64,000 nucleotides of DNA from Ranitomeya imitator (taxonomy: Eukaryota): the NCBI RefSeq assembly GCF_032444005.1, contig NC_091286.1, positions 216,752,001-216,816,000 on the forward strand, read 5' to 3'. Below, one piece after another: positions 35,662 to 48,940 of this stretch. Under the pieces are notes generated by a model that was not told the DNA's origin, made no database searches, and saw only the letters and a list, made by a program, of their open reading frames with translations. The position numbers and the translations under genes were made by a program. Position 1 is the first letter of the stretch, and the number at the start of each line of letters is the position of its first letter.

Positions 35662-36222
35662 AGGTACCTTCACACATAACGATATCGTTAACGATATTGT
35701 TGCTTTTTGTGACGTAGCAACGATATCGTTAAGGAAATCGTTATGTGTGACAGCGACCAACGATCAGGCCCCTGCTGGGAGATCGTTGGTCGCTGAGGAA
35801 AGTCCAGAACTTTATTTCGTCGCTGGATCTCCCGCTGACATCGCTGGATCGGCGCTCTGCTTCTCTGCACTGTGAGCGCCGGCCAGCCGGAAAGCAGAGC
35901 GGTGACGTCACCGCTCTGCTTTACGGCTGACCGGCGCTGACAGTGCAGAGGAAAGCAGAGCGCCGGAGGACAGACAGCTCAAGGTAAGTATGTAGTGTTT
36001 GTTTTTTTTAACGTTTACGCTGGTAACCAGGGTAAACATCGGGTTACTAAGCGCGGCCCTGCGCTTAGTAACCCGATGTTTACCCTGGTTACCGGGGACC
36101 TCGGGATCGTTGGTCACTGGAGAGCTGTCTGTGTGACAGCTCTCCAGCGACCAAACAGCGACGCTGCAGCGATCGAGATCGTTGTCGGTATCGCTGCAGC
36201 GTCGCTCAGTGTGAAGGTATCT
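35662..36222. mobile_element. PIF/Harbinger MITE (GGTACC family)
   Basis: AGGTACC / GGTATCT TIRs; TAA TSDs. Confidence 0.88.
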
Positions 36223-37624
36223 TAAGACTTATCTATCAGACTTCTAGATAAAGAAGCCTGATTCGTCACTACACTGCACTGCTTTACACTACCACATCCG
36301 ACACTTGGCATTGTGCATGGTAATGTAAGGCCTACACGCAGCTGCTCAGCCATGGAAAACCATGCTGATGTTAATGCCAGAAGAAAAGGTTTGGAGCTCC
36401 ATAGTTACTGAGTCAGCAGAGCATTAGCAACTCCATGACACTACTCAGCAATTGCCACTTCATGGCTGAGTCGCTGTGGATTCTAAATGGTCCCACTTCT
36501 CAATAATAGCACTCACAGCTGATAGTGGAATAATTGGAGGAAAGAAATGTTATGAACGTACTTGTTACAATGGTCACATCCTATTACAGTATCACACTAA
36601 GATTTGCTGAGATCTTTAGAACAACCCATTCTTTCACGAATACCTAAAGGCATACTACATGACTCGGGGCTGGATTTGATACATCTGTGCAATAGGACTG
36701 GTTAACACCTGAATTCAATGATTAAGAGGCGTGCCTTACACATTTCTCTATATAGTATATCTAAAATATGTATTTTAATATAAATAAACACATATAAAGT
36801 ACACAAATATAAATATATACGATGGATAGGCAAAAAAAATCTACTCAAAACATTATTCCAAACACTGCTGGACAACTTTGAAAAAATTTGCACAGGACCC
36901 CTAAACCCTTGTTCATCTTGTTCTTCCTGGTACATAAAATGGCCAAACTATAGTGAACATTGACACATAAGCAAAACAGTAAAACACACTTAAGGGGGTT
37001 CTCCCAAAAATTAATAAAATGGCCTCCATCATATAAAGCAATTAAAAGGTTCAATAATGGCCCAAAGTCTGCTAAGACACCTACATACTAAGCTCACATG
37101 TTATGTAAGTAGGAGAGCTGAATATGATCTAATGCATTCTAATAGTTATGAGAAATACTGGAAGAATTTGCAGCTCTGCATTCCAATTCTTGATCTGCCT
37201 TGAAATGAATTCTTTTTAAGACAGAACTTGGATGGGTGACCATAACCCCTACTTGGTCCAAGTTACTGTAGATTAGCTTTTTCAGCCAAACAGGATGTGC
37301 GCCTTGGTTTCACATTATGACCGAAATGCATGAAACGATTGAACGTTTCTTTCAATAATACAAAAAGTGAAACGATAAAAGTTTAGAGAAATTGATTAAT
37401 CTACATCTTAGAGCAATAAGCTTGCAAAGTAGACCAGGTTCATGAAATACATTTTTTTAAACTCGGGCTGAGTAGTAAAACAGAAACCAGATATCGGTTA
37501 ATTGTGAAATAATTTTTTTTTTTATTTCTCATTAAAGAGTATTCGAGCCTAAATAATTTATTACTTACAAATGCAAGATTGGTGGGGATCTGATTGCTAA
37601 GACTCTCGTAACCAGAGCTTGGAC

Positions 37625-37705
37625 CAGGGCTGTGGAGTCGGTAAGCCAAACCTCCGACTCCTCACTTTCCATGACACCGACTTCGACTCCGACTCCACAA
37701 CTACG
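37625..37705. mobile_element. hAT-like MITE fragment
   Basis: CAGGGCTGTGGAGTCGG terminus with CGACTCC repeats. Confidence 0.5.
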
Positions 37706-39294
37706 ACGCCACAGTCCTGCTCGTAACTGACAGAATAGCGGATCCAGGGCTCTCGTTCTTCCCTGCACCAAAGCCACTCCCAGGAGGAGTGCAGAGAGGA
37801 TCCAATCCTACCCCTCCATGTTAATCATGTTGTCTTGCTACAGAGGTATGGGGGGAGGTGAAGTGGGCCAGCCAGTGGGGGACACTGATTTGGCAATCGG
37901 TGGGGGACACTGAAGTTGTATCTTCAAAATAATTTATATTCGAAAAATTTGCCCAATTCTCATCGAACAATAAGAAATTAAGGTGGGAATAATTTAGCAT
38001 TTCCTAATCATAAGTCACTTCATCAACTACCAATTCAATAATCATTCCAAGAAAAAAATGACAATAGGATATTAACAAAAAAACACTCCAGTAATCCTTT
38101 TAAACATTCCACTCCACATTCCACTAAGATTATAGCGATTACTAAGGGCTGCTCTATCCTTAACAATGTCCTTTAAAAAAAGCTATTTGGAGCATGACAA
38201 GTCAAATATGCTTAAGTATATACTTACTGGTAGCCTCTGTTAATAGAAATATTTGTGTAAATGCTATTTGTAACTTTTGATGGAACTTGAAGAACAATAA
38301 TTATGTTATTAAGTCGGAGAAGATTCTGGTTAGCCCAGATTATTGCTGGTAAAACGAGCAGAAAATCATTATTTCCAAGTGTCTCATCCGCTTTTGCTGT
38401 TAATAGTTCAAAATTATTCTGTACATCCAGTCCTGTTCCGTGCGACAGAGCATCTGGTACCTAAACTAGCCATAGCAATATATTCTACATTTCTGCACTC
38501 AATGATCATGTGACAGGGGTCAGCAGTGTACGCATTTCGGACCCCATGGCCGGAAGCGCTTGTTAAATGCCACTGTCAGAGTTTGACAACGGCATTTAAC
38601 TAGTTGATTGTGGGCACATGTCAACTGTTCAAAACAGCTGACATGTCGTAGCTTTGAGGTGGGTTCACCGCCGGAGCCCACCTGAAAGCGGGGGTACTGA
38701 CGTTGGACGTACTATTCCGTCCGATGTTAGTAAGGGGTTAAAGGGAGATACTGACATTCATGACATCCACATTGCTTAATTGTTGTAGTAGGATAGGATC
38801 TTCAAAACGACCTGATCCCCCTGTGATAATCCCAAAAATAACATAATCGAGGGAGCAAAGTAGCAAATGTTCAATTTTCCTACAGCAAAGCCATAGTAGA
38901 ACTGAAGCGTTGCACATTGGCCATTGACTTACATGAGTTTCTTAAGGAATAAAGAAAAACAGTGTTTAACATGTCTAGTGAACTGTCCCACATTAATGAT
39001 ATCACATGCATTTTTTTTATTAATTTAGCAGAATTTGCACTTTCGGACTATTTGTACAGTTGTCCTCAAAAGTTTACATACCCCTGCAGAAATTTTTACT
39101 TTCTTGGCCTTTTTTCATAGACTATGAATGATGACACCAAAACATTTTCTCCACTCTTGGTTAGTGGTTGAGTGAAGCCATTTATTGTCAAACTACTGTG
39201 TTTTATCTTTTTAAATCATAATGAAAACATAGGTATTCACTCTTTTTGCTATGAAGCCCCTAAAAATATCTGGTGCAAGTAACTATCTTCAGAT

Positions 39295-39492
39295 GGTCAG
39301 GGTCACACTTGTGAGTGTGATGACAGAAATTCTCATGAGTCTCTCGCATCAATACCCGACAGTGCCGGGTATTGGACCCGTATTGCTATGCAGCCACACA
39401 CTCCGGTCCGGAGTGCCGGCGGCAGTGCCAGGTATTGATGCGAGAGACTCGTGTGAGCTTCTCACATCACACTCGCAAACGTGGCCCTGGCC
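39295..39492. mobile_element. Short PIF/Harbinger MITE
   Basis: GGTCAGGGTCACACTTG ... CAAACGTGGCCCTGGCC|TAA; palindromic; related to 60024. Confidence 0.7.
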
Positions 39493-39620
39493 TAAGTCAC
39501 ATGCTTAGTTAGGGAAAGGAAGTCCACCAGTGTGCAATCTAATGTCACATGGTCTGTCAGGATATACAAACCTTTTCTGAAAAGCCACAGAGACTGCAAC
39601 ACCACTAACCAAACAACACC

Positions 39621-40630
39621 ATTGAAGACCAAGGAGATCTACAAACACGTCAGGGACGAAGTTGTTGAGAAGTACAGGGTTGGGTTATAAAAAAAAAACT
39701 CCCCATCTCTGTTGATCGGACCACCATCAAATACATTATCGTCAAATGGAAAGGACATGGTACCACAACAAACCTGCCAAGAGAGGGCTGCCCACGAGGA
39801 CTCTCAGCCCGGACAAAGAGGGCATTAATCAGAGAGGCAGCACAGAGACTAAAGGTGACTCTGAAGGAGCTGCAGAATTCTCAAGCAGAGACGGTAGTAG
39901 CTGTCCATACGACCATAGTAAACCGTACACTCCATAGCGGTGGCTTTTGTGGAAGAGTGGACAGAAAAAAGCCTTTAGTTACACACAATTGTAAGGCTCA
40001 CTTTAAGTTTGCCAAAAGACATGTGGGAGACTCCTCAAATGTATGGAAGAAGGTGTTGTGGTCAGATGAGACCAAAATTAAACTTTTTGTACACCTAGGT
40101 TAATGTTATGTCTGGAGCCAAACCAACACAGCTTATCAGCCGAAGAACACCATCCCCACAGTGAAACATGGTCGTGGAAGCATTATGTTGTGAGGACGTC
40201 TTTAAGAAGCAGAGATAGAATGGTCTGAGTCGAGGGGAAGACGAATGGTGCGAAATACAGCGATATCTTTGAACAAAACCTGTTTTAGTCTGTCAGTCAT
40301 TTGAGAATGGGACGGAGGTTTACCTTCCAACAAGACAATGAACCAAAGCATGCTGCTAAAGCAAAACTCAAGTGGTTTAAGGGGAAATGTGCAAATGTTT
40401 TGGGGTGGCCTAGTCAAAGCCCAGACATTAATCCAATTGAGAATATGTGGTCAGACTTGAAGATTGCTGTCCACAAGAGCAAACCATCTAACTTGAAGGA
40501 GCTGGAGCAGCTTAGCCTTCAGAAATGGGCAAGAATCCCAGTGGGAAGATGTGGAAAGCGCATAGAGAGTTATCTAAAAAGATTTGCAGCTGTAATTGTT
40601 GCAAAAGGAGGGCACTACAAAGTACTGACT
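39621..40630 (+). pseudogene. Tc1 transposase pseudogene
   Basis: KTKEI..., [33 protein letters not shown]; multiple stops and frameshifts. Confidence 0.88.
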
Positions 40631-40963
40631 TTAGGGGGGATGAAGTTATGCACACTGAAGTTTTCAGTTATGTTGCCTTATTTGTTGTTTGCTTCACAAT
40701 AAAAAGAAAGTTGTAGGCATGTTCTTTACATGACCTGATGCAAAGCCTCAAAAATACATTGACAAGTGACATTCCAGGTTGTGATGTAGCAAAACACAAA
40801 AACTGCCAATTTCAAAGAGAAAAAAAAACTCCAAGTAAATGTGGCGCTAAGCACCTACGGATTTTTTTAATTCATCCACTTCAAGTGAAAAATGTTAAAA
40901 AATTCATTTATTTTCTCAAAATAAAAAAATAAAATATATTTGTAAATTTTTTTAAAAAAACAG

Positions 40964-41011
40964 TACAACGCGTTTCGGCTGCTATTTTTACATTGCAGCC
41001 TTCATCAGGTA
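40964..41011 (-). ncRNA. Minimal PLE-type hammerhead motif (left arm)
   Basis: UAC-CUGAUGA-A-GGCUGC...GCAGCC-GAAAC GC GUU-GUA; palindromic ACGCGU stem III. Confidence 0.7.
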
Positions 41012-42121
41012 GTAAAAAAACAAAAAGAACAAACAATACAATAAGCACTATAAAATGATGTTACAACCTCCAAGTTCTCTTATTTATGAGGGTTCCTAGA
41101 AGGGATTAGCAGGGCGGGACCGGGGATCAGGTTCTCCTTTCCTGATGACTAACTACATGGTAGCCTCTAAAGAGACACATTTATCTTATATATATAAAAG
41201 AGCAGTTTAGTACTTCTATTCTATCCAAAATGAGCTTTTAAATACATGGTATTACACTGTTACGAACAAACACATTAAAAATATAGGTATATACACAATC
41301 ATAAATATGATTCATTCCAATACCTCATCAATACCATTACTATCAATTCATCCCATAAAATACATTTAAAAAAATATGTTTTAAAAAAAAAAAAAAAAGG
41401 GAAATTTTTTTTGTTGTTGTATTGACCCATGCGCGAACGACTGAGCTATTTATGACAAACCCTTACACATTCTCTACTACATCATTAAGTCCATTTGGAT
41501 AAAGGCTTTGTAACCTATATATCCAATATGACTCCTTGCGGTTTAATAATTTGTTCCTGTTATTAGCCCCTTTTGGTATATGCTCCAGCGGTGTGACCGT
41601 AATGCAGAAGCATTTATTGTGCTTCAGCAGGAGATGACGGGACAGACTATGTTTAATCTGCCCGTTCTTTGCATTATAGCGGTGATTATTCATCCGGGCA
41701 CTCAATTCCTTGGAAGTTCATCCAACGTATTGGAGCCCGCATTTGCAAGTCACTACATAGATGACAAAATCCGTTCTACATGTGAGTCTCTGCTTAATCT
41801 TAATTGTTTCCCCAGTAGTATTAGATTGAATACTCCGAGCTCCATGGTTAATGATCTTACAACATTAACATTTGTTTGAAGAGCATCTATATATTCCTGT
41901 GTTCATCTTCCCTCCATTCACATTGGTATTGTTTCCTATCATGTTTTCTATTTTTGGAACCTCTCTTAATTTACTCTGAGCTACAATATTTTTCACTGTC
42001 GCCCCTCTCCTAAAAGTTACTCTAATTTACAGGATTCTTCCTCCGTCCCGGCCCAGAAAATGATCAAATCATCTATATATCTACGGTATAGTAATATTTT
42101 TTCTTTGTATTCTCAAAGATA

Positions 42122-43563
42122 TTGAGATCAGTAGATCATTATTTATCATCAGTATCAGGACTGCGGGAGGAACAAAAAACATTTTTGTTGGAAGGGTTGA
42201 AATTCATATTAACGCACAATATCTTTGAGTTCCAGGGTAAACTCTATTTACAGCGCCTTGGTACAGCGATGGGGACTCGGGTAGCGCCAAGTTTCGCAAA
42301 TCTCTTCATGGGACGTTTCGAGTCCTCATCGCTGTTGTATGCATCTGAATACAAAGAAAAAATATTACTATACCGTAGATATATAGATGATTTGATCATT
42401 TTCTGGGCCGGGACGGAGGAAGAAGCCTGTAAATTAATAGATTCTCTTAATAGCAATAACTGGGGCATCTCCTTTACGTCATGCATCAGAAGGGACAAAA
42501 TCGTGTTCCTGGACCTGGAATTGGGGAAGCGGGGGAAATTATAACAAAAACGCACTTCAAAAGCTGTGCTACGAATGGCTACGTGGACTTTAGAAGTGCG
42601 CATTATAAAAAATGGAAAACTAATGTACCATTCAGCCAGTTCTTAAGGATACGAAAAAACTGTACAAACACTAAAGATTATGTGACCCAATCAGCGATAC
42701 TGAAGAAAAGGTTCAGTGATAAGAAGTATCCAAAAAAATTAATCGAGGCAGCATACAGAAAGAATTTGGACAAAGTACAGGAGGATTGTCTCCCAAGTAG
42801 GAAGAGAAAAGATTGTAATGCAGAGGAAACTAGAGGGAAAGAACGGCCAGCAAGCAATGAGGAGAATAAGAGAAATCTTTGGAAGTTTAATTTTATAACA
42901 ACTTATAATAAAGGGAATGTATTGATAAGGAGAATTTTAAAAAAATATTGGTATATTTTAAAAAAAGATGTGATTCTTGGGAAAATGCTTCCAAGGGAAC
43001 AGGGAGTATCTTTTAGGAGAGGGGCGACAGTGAAAAATATTGTAGCTCAGAGTAAATTAAGAGAGGTTCCAAAAATAGAAAACATGATAGGAAACAATAC
43101 CAATGTGAATGGAGGGAAGATGAACACAGGAGTATATAGATGCTCTTCAAACAAATGTAAATGTTGTAAGATCATTAACCATGGAGCTCGGAGTATTCAA
43201 TCTAATACTACTGGGGAAACAATTAAGATTAAGCAGAGACTCACATGTAGAACGGATTTTGTCATCTATGTAGTGACTTGCAAATGCGGGCTCCAATACG
43301 TGGGACGAACTTCCCAGGAATTGAGTGCCCGGATGAATAATCACCGCTATAATGCAAAGAACGGGCAGATTAAACATAGTCTGTCCCGTCATCTCCTGCT
43401 GAAGCACAATAAATGCTTCTGCATTACGGTCACACCGCTGGAGCATATACCAAAAGGGGCTAATAACAGGAACAAATTATTAAACCGCAAGGAGTCATAT
43501 TGGATATATAGGTTACAAAGCCTTTATCCAAATGGACTTAATGATGTAGTAGAGAATGTGTAA
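42122..43563 (+). pseudogene. 5'-truncated, frameshifted Penelope RT + GIY-YIG endonuclease
   Basis: GTAMGTRVAPSFANLFM, RYIDD, FLDL; then VIYVVTCKCGLQYVGRT...RMNNHR and ESYWIYRL...GLN; two ORFs in different frames. Confidence 0.92.
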
Positions 43564-44023
43564 GGGTTTGTCATAAATAGCTCAGTCGTTCGCGCATGGG
43601 TCAATACAACAACAAAAAAAAATTCCCTTTTTTTTTTTTTTTTTTTTTAAACATATATTTTTTTAAATGTATTTTATGGGATGAATTGATAGTAATGGTA
43701 TTGATGAGGTATTGGAATGAATCATATTTATGATTGTGTATATACCTATATTTTTAATGTTGTGTTTGTTCGTAACAGTGTAATACCATGTATTTAAAAG
43801 CTCATTTTGGATAGAATAGAAGTACTAAACTGCTCTTTTATATATATAAGATAAATGTGTCTCTTTAGAGGCTACCATGTAGTTAGTCATCAGGAAAGGA
43901 GAACCTGATCCCCGGTCCCGCCCTGCTAATCCCTTCTAGGAACCCTCATAAATATGAGAACTTGGAGGTTGTAACATCATTTTATAGTGCTTATTGTATT
44001 GTTTGTTCTTTTTGTTTTTTTAC

Positions 44024-44071
44024 TACCTGATGAAGGCTGCACTGTAAAAATAGCAGCCGAAACGCGTTGTA
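44024..44071 (+). ncRNA. Minimal PLE-type hammerhead motif (right arm)
   Basis: UAC-CUGAUGA-A-GGCUGC ACUGUAAAAAUA GCAGCC-GAAAC GC GUU-GUA. Confidence 0.7.
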
Positions 44072-44542
44072 CTGTTTTTTTTAAAAAAATTTACAAATAT
44101 ATTTTATTTTTTTATTTTGAGAAAATAAATGAATTTTTTAACATTTTTCACTTGAAGTGGATGAATTCAAAAAATCTGTAGGTGCTTAGCGCCACATTTA
44201 CTTGGAGTTTTTTTTTTTCTTTGAAATCGCCACCTATGTGGATCTGAAGCAGGATCAACACATAGTTCTCCAAAGTGAGCTGCACACCTTATTGGATTAT
44301 ACAACATACGAAGAAGAGTTGCCTAATGAATTGATTCCTCGAGAATCTCAACGTCTATTTCTTACCGATAGAAGGTGAGCATAACTACAAATAAAAGAAA
44401 TGTTTTTAACTTGTTGGTAAAAACGTATTACGCTCAGAGGAAGCGCCGCACTTGTCTCTTTTTTTCCCCTCTTTCCCTAAACCAGGGTATTTCTAAAGAC
44501 AAAAACTGCCAAGGGAGGTAAATACTTTTGCAAGTCGTTATA

Positions 44543-46091
44543 CAGTTGAAACGGAAAGTATTCATAACCATTTAAATTTTTCACTCTTTGTTTCATTGTA
44601 GCCATGTGGTAAGCTCAAAAAAAGCTTTTTTTCTCATTAAAATACACTCTGCACCCCATCTTGACTGAAAAAAACAGAAATGTAGAAATTTTTGCAAATT
44701 TATTCAAAAAGAAAAACTGAAATATCACATGGTCATAACAAGTTTTTCACACCTGGATTTGGTGGTCCTCTGCCATTCATCCTTGCAGATTCTCTCCAGT
44801 TCTGTCAGATTGGATGGTGAACGTTGGTGGACAGCCATTTTCAGGTCTCTCCAGAGATGCTCAATTGGGTTTAGGTCAGGGCTCTGGCTGGGCCAGTCAA
44901 GAATGATCACAGAGTTGTTCTGAAGCCAATCCTTTGTTATTTTAGCTGTATGCTTAGGGTCATTGTCTTGTTGGAAAGTGAACCTTCGGCCAAGTCTGAG
45001 GTCTAGAGCACTTTGAAAGAGGTTTTCATCCAGGATACCCCTGTAATTGGCCGTATTCATGTTTCCTTCAATGACAACCAGTCGTTCCGTCCCTGCAGCT
45101 GAAAAACACCCCCATAGCATGATGCTGCCACCACCATGTTTCACTGTAAGGATTGTATTGGGCAGGTAATAAGCAGTGCCTGATTTTTTCCACACATACT
45201 GCTTAGAATTATCACCAAAAAAGTCTATCTTTGTCTCATCAGACCAGAGAATCTTATTTCTCATAGTCTGGGAGTCCTTCATGTGGTTTTTTAGCAAACT
45301 CTATGCTGGCTTTCATATGTCATACACTGAGGAGAAGCTTCCGTCGGGCCACTTTGCAATAAAGGCCCGAGTGGTGGAGGGCTGCAGTGATAGTTGACTT
45401 TATGAAACTTTCTCCCATCTCCCTACTGCATCTCTGGAGCTCAGGCTCAGTGATCGTGGGCTTCTTCTTTACCTCTCTCACCAAGGCTCTTCTCCCACGA
45501 TTGCTTAATTTGGCTGAACGGCCAGGTCAAGGAAGACTTCTGTGGTCCCAAACTTCTTCCATTTAAGGATTATAAAGGCCACTGTGCTCTTATGAACCTA
45601 GAGTACTGTAAAAATTCTGTTATAACCTCGGCCAGATCTGGGCCTTGCCACAATTCTGTCTCTGAGCTCCTTGGCCAGTTCCTTTGACCTCATGATTCTC
45701 ATTTGGTCTAACATGCACTGTGAGCTATGAGGTCTTATATAGACAGGTGTGAGCCTTTCCAAATCAAGTCCTATCAGTTTAATTAAACACAGCTGGACTC
45801 CAATGAAGGAGTAGAACCATCTGAAGGAGGACCACAAGGAAATGGACAGCATGTGACTTAAATATGAGTGTCTGAGCAAAGGGTCTGAATACATATGACC
45901 ATGTGATATTTCAGTTTTTCTTTTTTATTAAATTTTCAAAAATGTCTACATTTCTGTTTTTTTTCAGTCAAGAATGGGGTGCTGGGTGTACATTAATGCG
46001 AAAAAAATGAACTTTTTTGAATTTACCAAATGGCTGCAATGAAACAAAGAGTGAAAAATTTAAAGGGGTCTGAATACTTTTCGTACCATTG
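44543..46091 (-). mobile_element. Degenerate Tc1 transposon
   Basis: TA TSDs; TIR CAGTTG...AAAGTATTCA / TGAATACTTT...CATTG; relic starting MRSKELAKELRD at 45693. Confidence 0.85.
44725..45693 (-). pseudogene. Tc1 transposase pseudogene
   Basis: [31 protein letters not shown]; N-terminal frameshifts/deletion and truncated C-terminus. Confidence 0.88.
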
Positions 46092-46876
46092 TATATACCA
46101 TATGTGTTATTTTTTTTTCTCCAACATCAAGCAATGCTAGGTATAATACAAATCTAAAACTTTGACTTACTTCCGTTCCGTCTCTGGTGTAGATAATGTG
46201 CTGTTTAATCCAACAGAATCCTAAAAATAGAAATATGGATTTAGCCACGGTTTCTCAGTGGTGGGGTGAAGTACAGTGAAGAATTACATAATTACATTAA
46301 CGGAAAGTACACAAAAAATAATTACTTATTACACTTACTTCACTTTGGGGGGATCGCAGCTGCAATGATGTGGAGCTAGTATCAGATTTCTCCTAAAACA
46401 AAATATATGCAATTTAGTCGTAATCCACCAAGAAATGTGGCATATTATAGAAGATAAGGAGCCATATATACTGTATATGAAGGCAGAAAATGAAAACCGT
46501 AATGTGTTCAACTCCTTAACCTACTGCTTTCAGCTACGGTAGCCAATACAACCGAGCACATCAGCACTTTTCTGATATTCACAACCTGACATTCAGTACA
46601 TTGCAATATGGACAGTTATATTTAGGAAGTTAGCTGACTTTCAGTTTAGATATTAACTATTCATATATACCGTAAATATAAAAATGACTTCTGTAGAGGA
46701 TCCGAATGTAGTAAAAAGGAAGGGTGAATTATATATATAAAAAATAAATATTCTAACATAAAACAAGGCAACTACGGTACTTTAAACAGGTGTAGTCTGA
46801 TAATACACATTCAGGGCTTCAGCGGAGTCCTGGACACTACCTCTTTCTCCTGGTCAGTAGGGTACCGTACTTTCTC

Positions 46877-48940
46877 TCTCTCTCTTATAGAATGTAAGCG
46901 CTTATGGTCAACGAGGTCCTCTATCTCTCTTCTGTAGAGTGGGAGCTCTTATGGAAGTGCAAGGTCCTCTCTAGCACGTCTACAGATTTTAAGCTCTTAT
47001 AATCAGCGGTGTCCTCTATTGCTTTCTCCTGTAAAGTGTAAGCTCCTCTATCTTTCTTTTCTGTAGAGTTTAATCTTTTATAGTCAGTGAGGTCCTCAAT
47101 CTCATATCCTCTATTGCTCTCTCCTGTAGATTGTAAGCCCTTATGCTCAGTGAGGTCCTCTATCTCTCATGTAGAGTGTAATCTCTTTCGGTCAGTGAAG
47201 TCCTCTATCTTTTTCCTGTACTGTGTAAGCTCTTATGGTCAGTGAGGTCCTCTCTCTCTCTCCTGTAGAGTACAAGCTCTTATGGTCAGTAAGGTCCTCT
47301 TTCTCTCCTGTAGAGTGTAATCTTTTATGGTCAGTGGGGTCCTCTATCTCTTACCTGCAGAGTGTAATATTTTATGGTCATAAGGTCCTCTCCCTTCTGT
47401 AGAGTGTAATCTATTATGGTCAGTAAGGTCCTCTATCTCTCTCCTGTAGAATGTAAGCTCTTATGGTTAGCGGGGTCCTCTCTCTCTTGTAGAGTGTAAT
47501 CTCTTATGGTCAGCAAGGTCCTCTCTCTTGTAGTGTAATCTCTTATGGTCAACGGGGTCCTTTCTCTCTCTCCTGTAGAGTGTACTCTCTTATGGTCAGT
47601 AAGGTCCTCTCTCTCATGTAGAGTGTAAAGTTTTATGGTCAGTGGGGTCCTCTATCTCTCTCCTGTAGAATGTAAGCTCTTATGGTTAGTGAGGTCCTCT
47701 ATCTTTCTCCTGTAGAACGTAAGCTCTTATGTTCAGTGAGGTCCTCTATCTCTCTTCTGTAGAGTGTAAGCTCTTATGGTCAGTAAGGTCCTCTCTCCTG
47801 TAGAGTGTAAGCTCTTATGGTCAATGAGGTCCCCTCTCTCTCTCCTGTAGAGTGTAAGCTCTTATGATGAGTAAGGGTACCGTCACACAGTGGCACTTTT
47901 GTCGCTATGACGGTACGATTCGTGACGTTCCAGCGATATCCATACGATATCGCTGTGTCTGAAACGCAGCAGCGATCAGGGATCCTGCTGAGAATCGTAC
48001 GTCGTAGCAGATCGTTTGTAACATTCTTTCGTCGCTGGATCTCCCGCTGTCATCGCTAGATCGGTGTGTGTGACACCGATCTAGCGATGTGTTCGCTTGT
48101 AACCAGGGTAAACATCGGATTACTAAGCGCAGGGCCGCTCTTAGTAACCCGATGTTTACCCTGGTTACCAGCGTAAATGTAAAAAAAAAAAAAACAGTAC
48201 ATACTTACATTCCGGTGTCCGTCAGGTCCCTTGCTGTCTGCTTCCCGCACTCACTGACTGCCGGCCGTAAAATGAAAGCAGAGCACAGCGCGCTGTGCTG
48301 TGCTTTCACTTTACGGCCGGCAGTCAGTCAGTGCGGGAAGCAGACGGCAAGGGACAGACACCGGAATGTAAGTATGTACTGTTTGTTTTTTTTTACGCTG
48401 GTAACCAGGGTAAACATCGGGTTACTAAGCGCGGTCCTGCGCTTAGTAACCCGATGTTTACCCTGGTTACCCGGGGACCTCGGCATCATTGGTCGCTGGA
48501 GAGCTGTCTGTGTGACAGCTCTCCAGCGACCACACTACGACTTACCAACGATCACGGCCAGGTCGTATCGCTGGTCGTGATCGTTGGTAAATCATATAGT
48601 GTGACGGTACCCTAAGGTCCTCCATCTCTATCCTGTAGAGTGTAATCTCTTATGGTCAGAAAGGACCTCTCTCTATCTTCTGTAGAGTGTAATCTCTTAT
48701 GGTCAAAAATATCTTCTAGATAGATATAGAGTGTAAGTTCTCATGAAAACCAAGGTTTTCTCTAGCTCTCCTACAGTGTAATCTCTTATAGTCAGTCAGG
48801 TCCTCTCTCTCTTGTAGAGTGTAATCTCTTATGGTCAGTAAGGTCCCCTCTCTCTCTCTCTCTCTGTCTCTCTTCTGTAGCGTGTAAGCTCTTATGGTAA
48901 GCAAGGTCCTCTCTAGCTCTCCTACAGTGTAAGCTCTTAT
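46877..48940 (+). repeat. ~45-bp tandem satellite (CTCCTGTAGAGTGTAAGCTCTTATGGTCAGTGAGGTCCTCTAT), roughly 25-30 units, split by a MITE
   Basis: Degenerate tandem units visible at 46877-47874 and 48613-48940. Confidence 0.92.
47875..48612. mobile_element. PIF/Harbinger MITE (GGTACC family)
   Basis: GGGTACCGTCAC TIRs; TAA TSDs (47872-74, 48613-15). Confidence 0.9.

Larger units (their letters stand above)
33950..36750 (-). mobile_element. Old fragmented Tc1-like element interrupted by MITEs (left TIR remnant possibly at ~31389-31420)
   Basis: Degenerate transposase-like pieces at 33950-34300 and 35550-36600; TIR-like CACTAAATGGACAAAAGTATTGGGACA. Confidence 0.5.
40810..44498 (+). mobile_element. 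Penelope-like element (PLE) with ~1.2-kb inverted duplication
   Basis: 14-bp TSD ACAAAAACTGCCAA (40796-809, 44499-512); inverted arms 40810-42022 and 43004-44226; RT + GIY-YIG coding remnants. Confidence 0.92.
39057..44540 (+). mobile_element. Degenerate Tc1 element(s) interrupted by a MITE and a Penelope element
   Basis: TA|CAGTTG TIR-like start; transposase relic; 3' TIR resumes after the Penelope TSD (AATACTTTTGCAAG). Confidence 0.7.

Noticed and set aside
46877-48940. CRISPR-like array
   Set aside because: Units are contiguous and degenerate with no unique spacers; eukaryotic satellite
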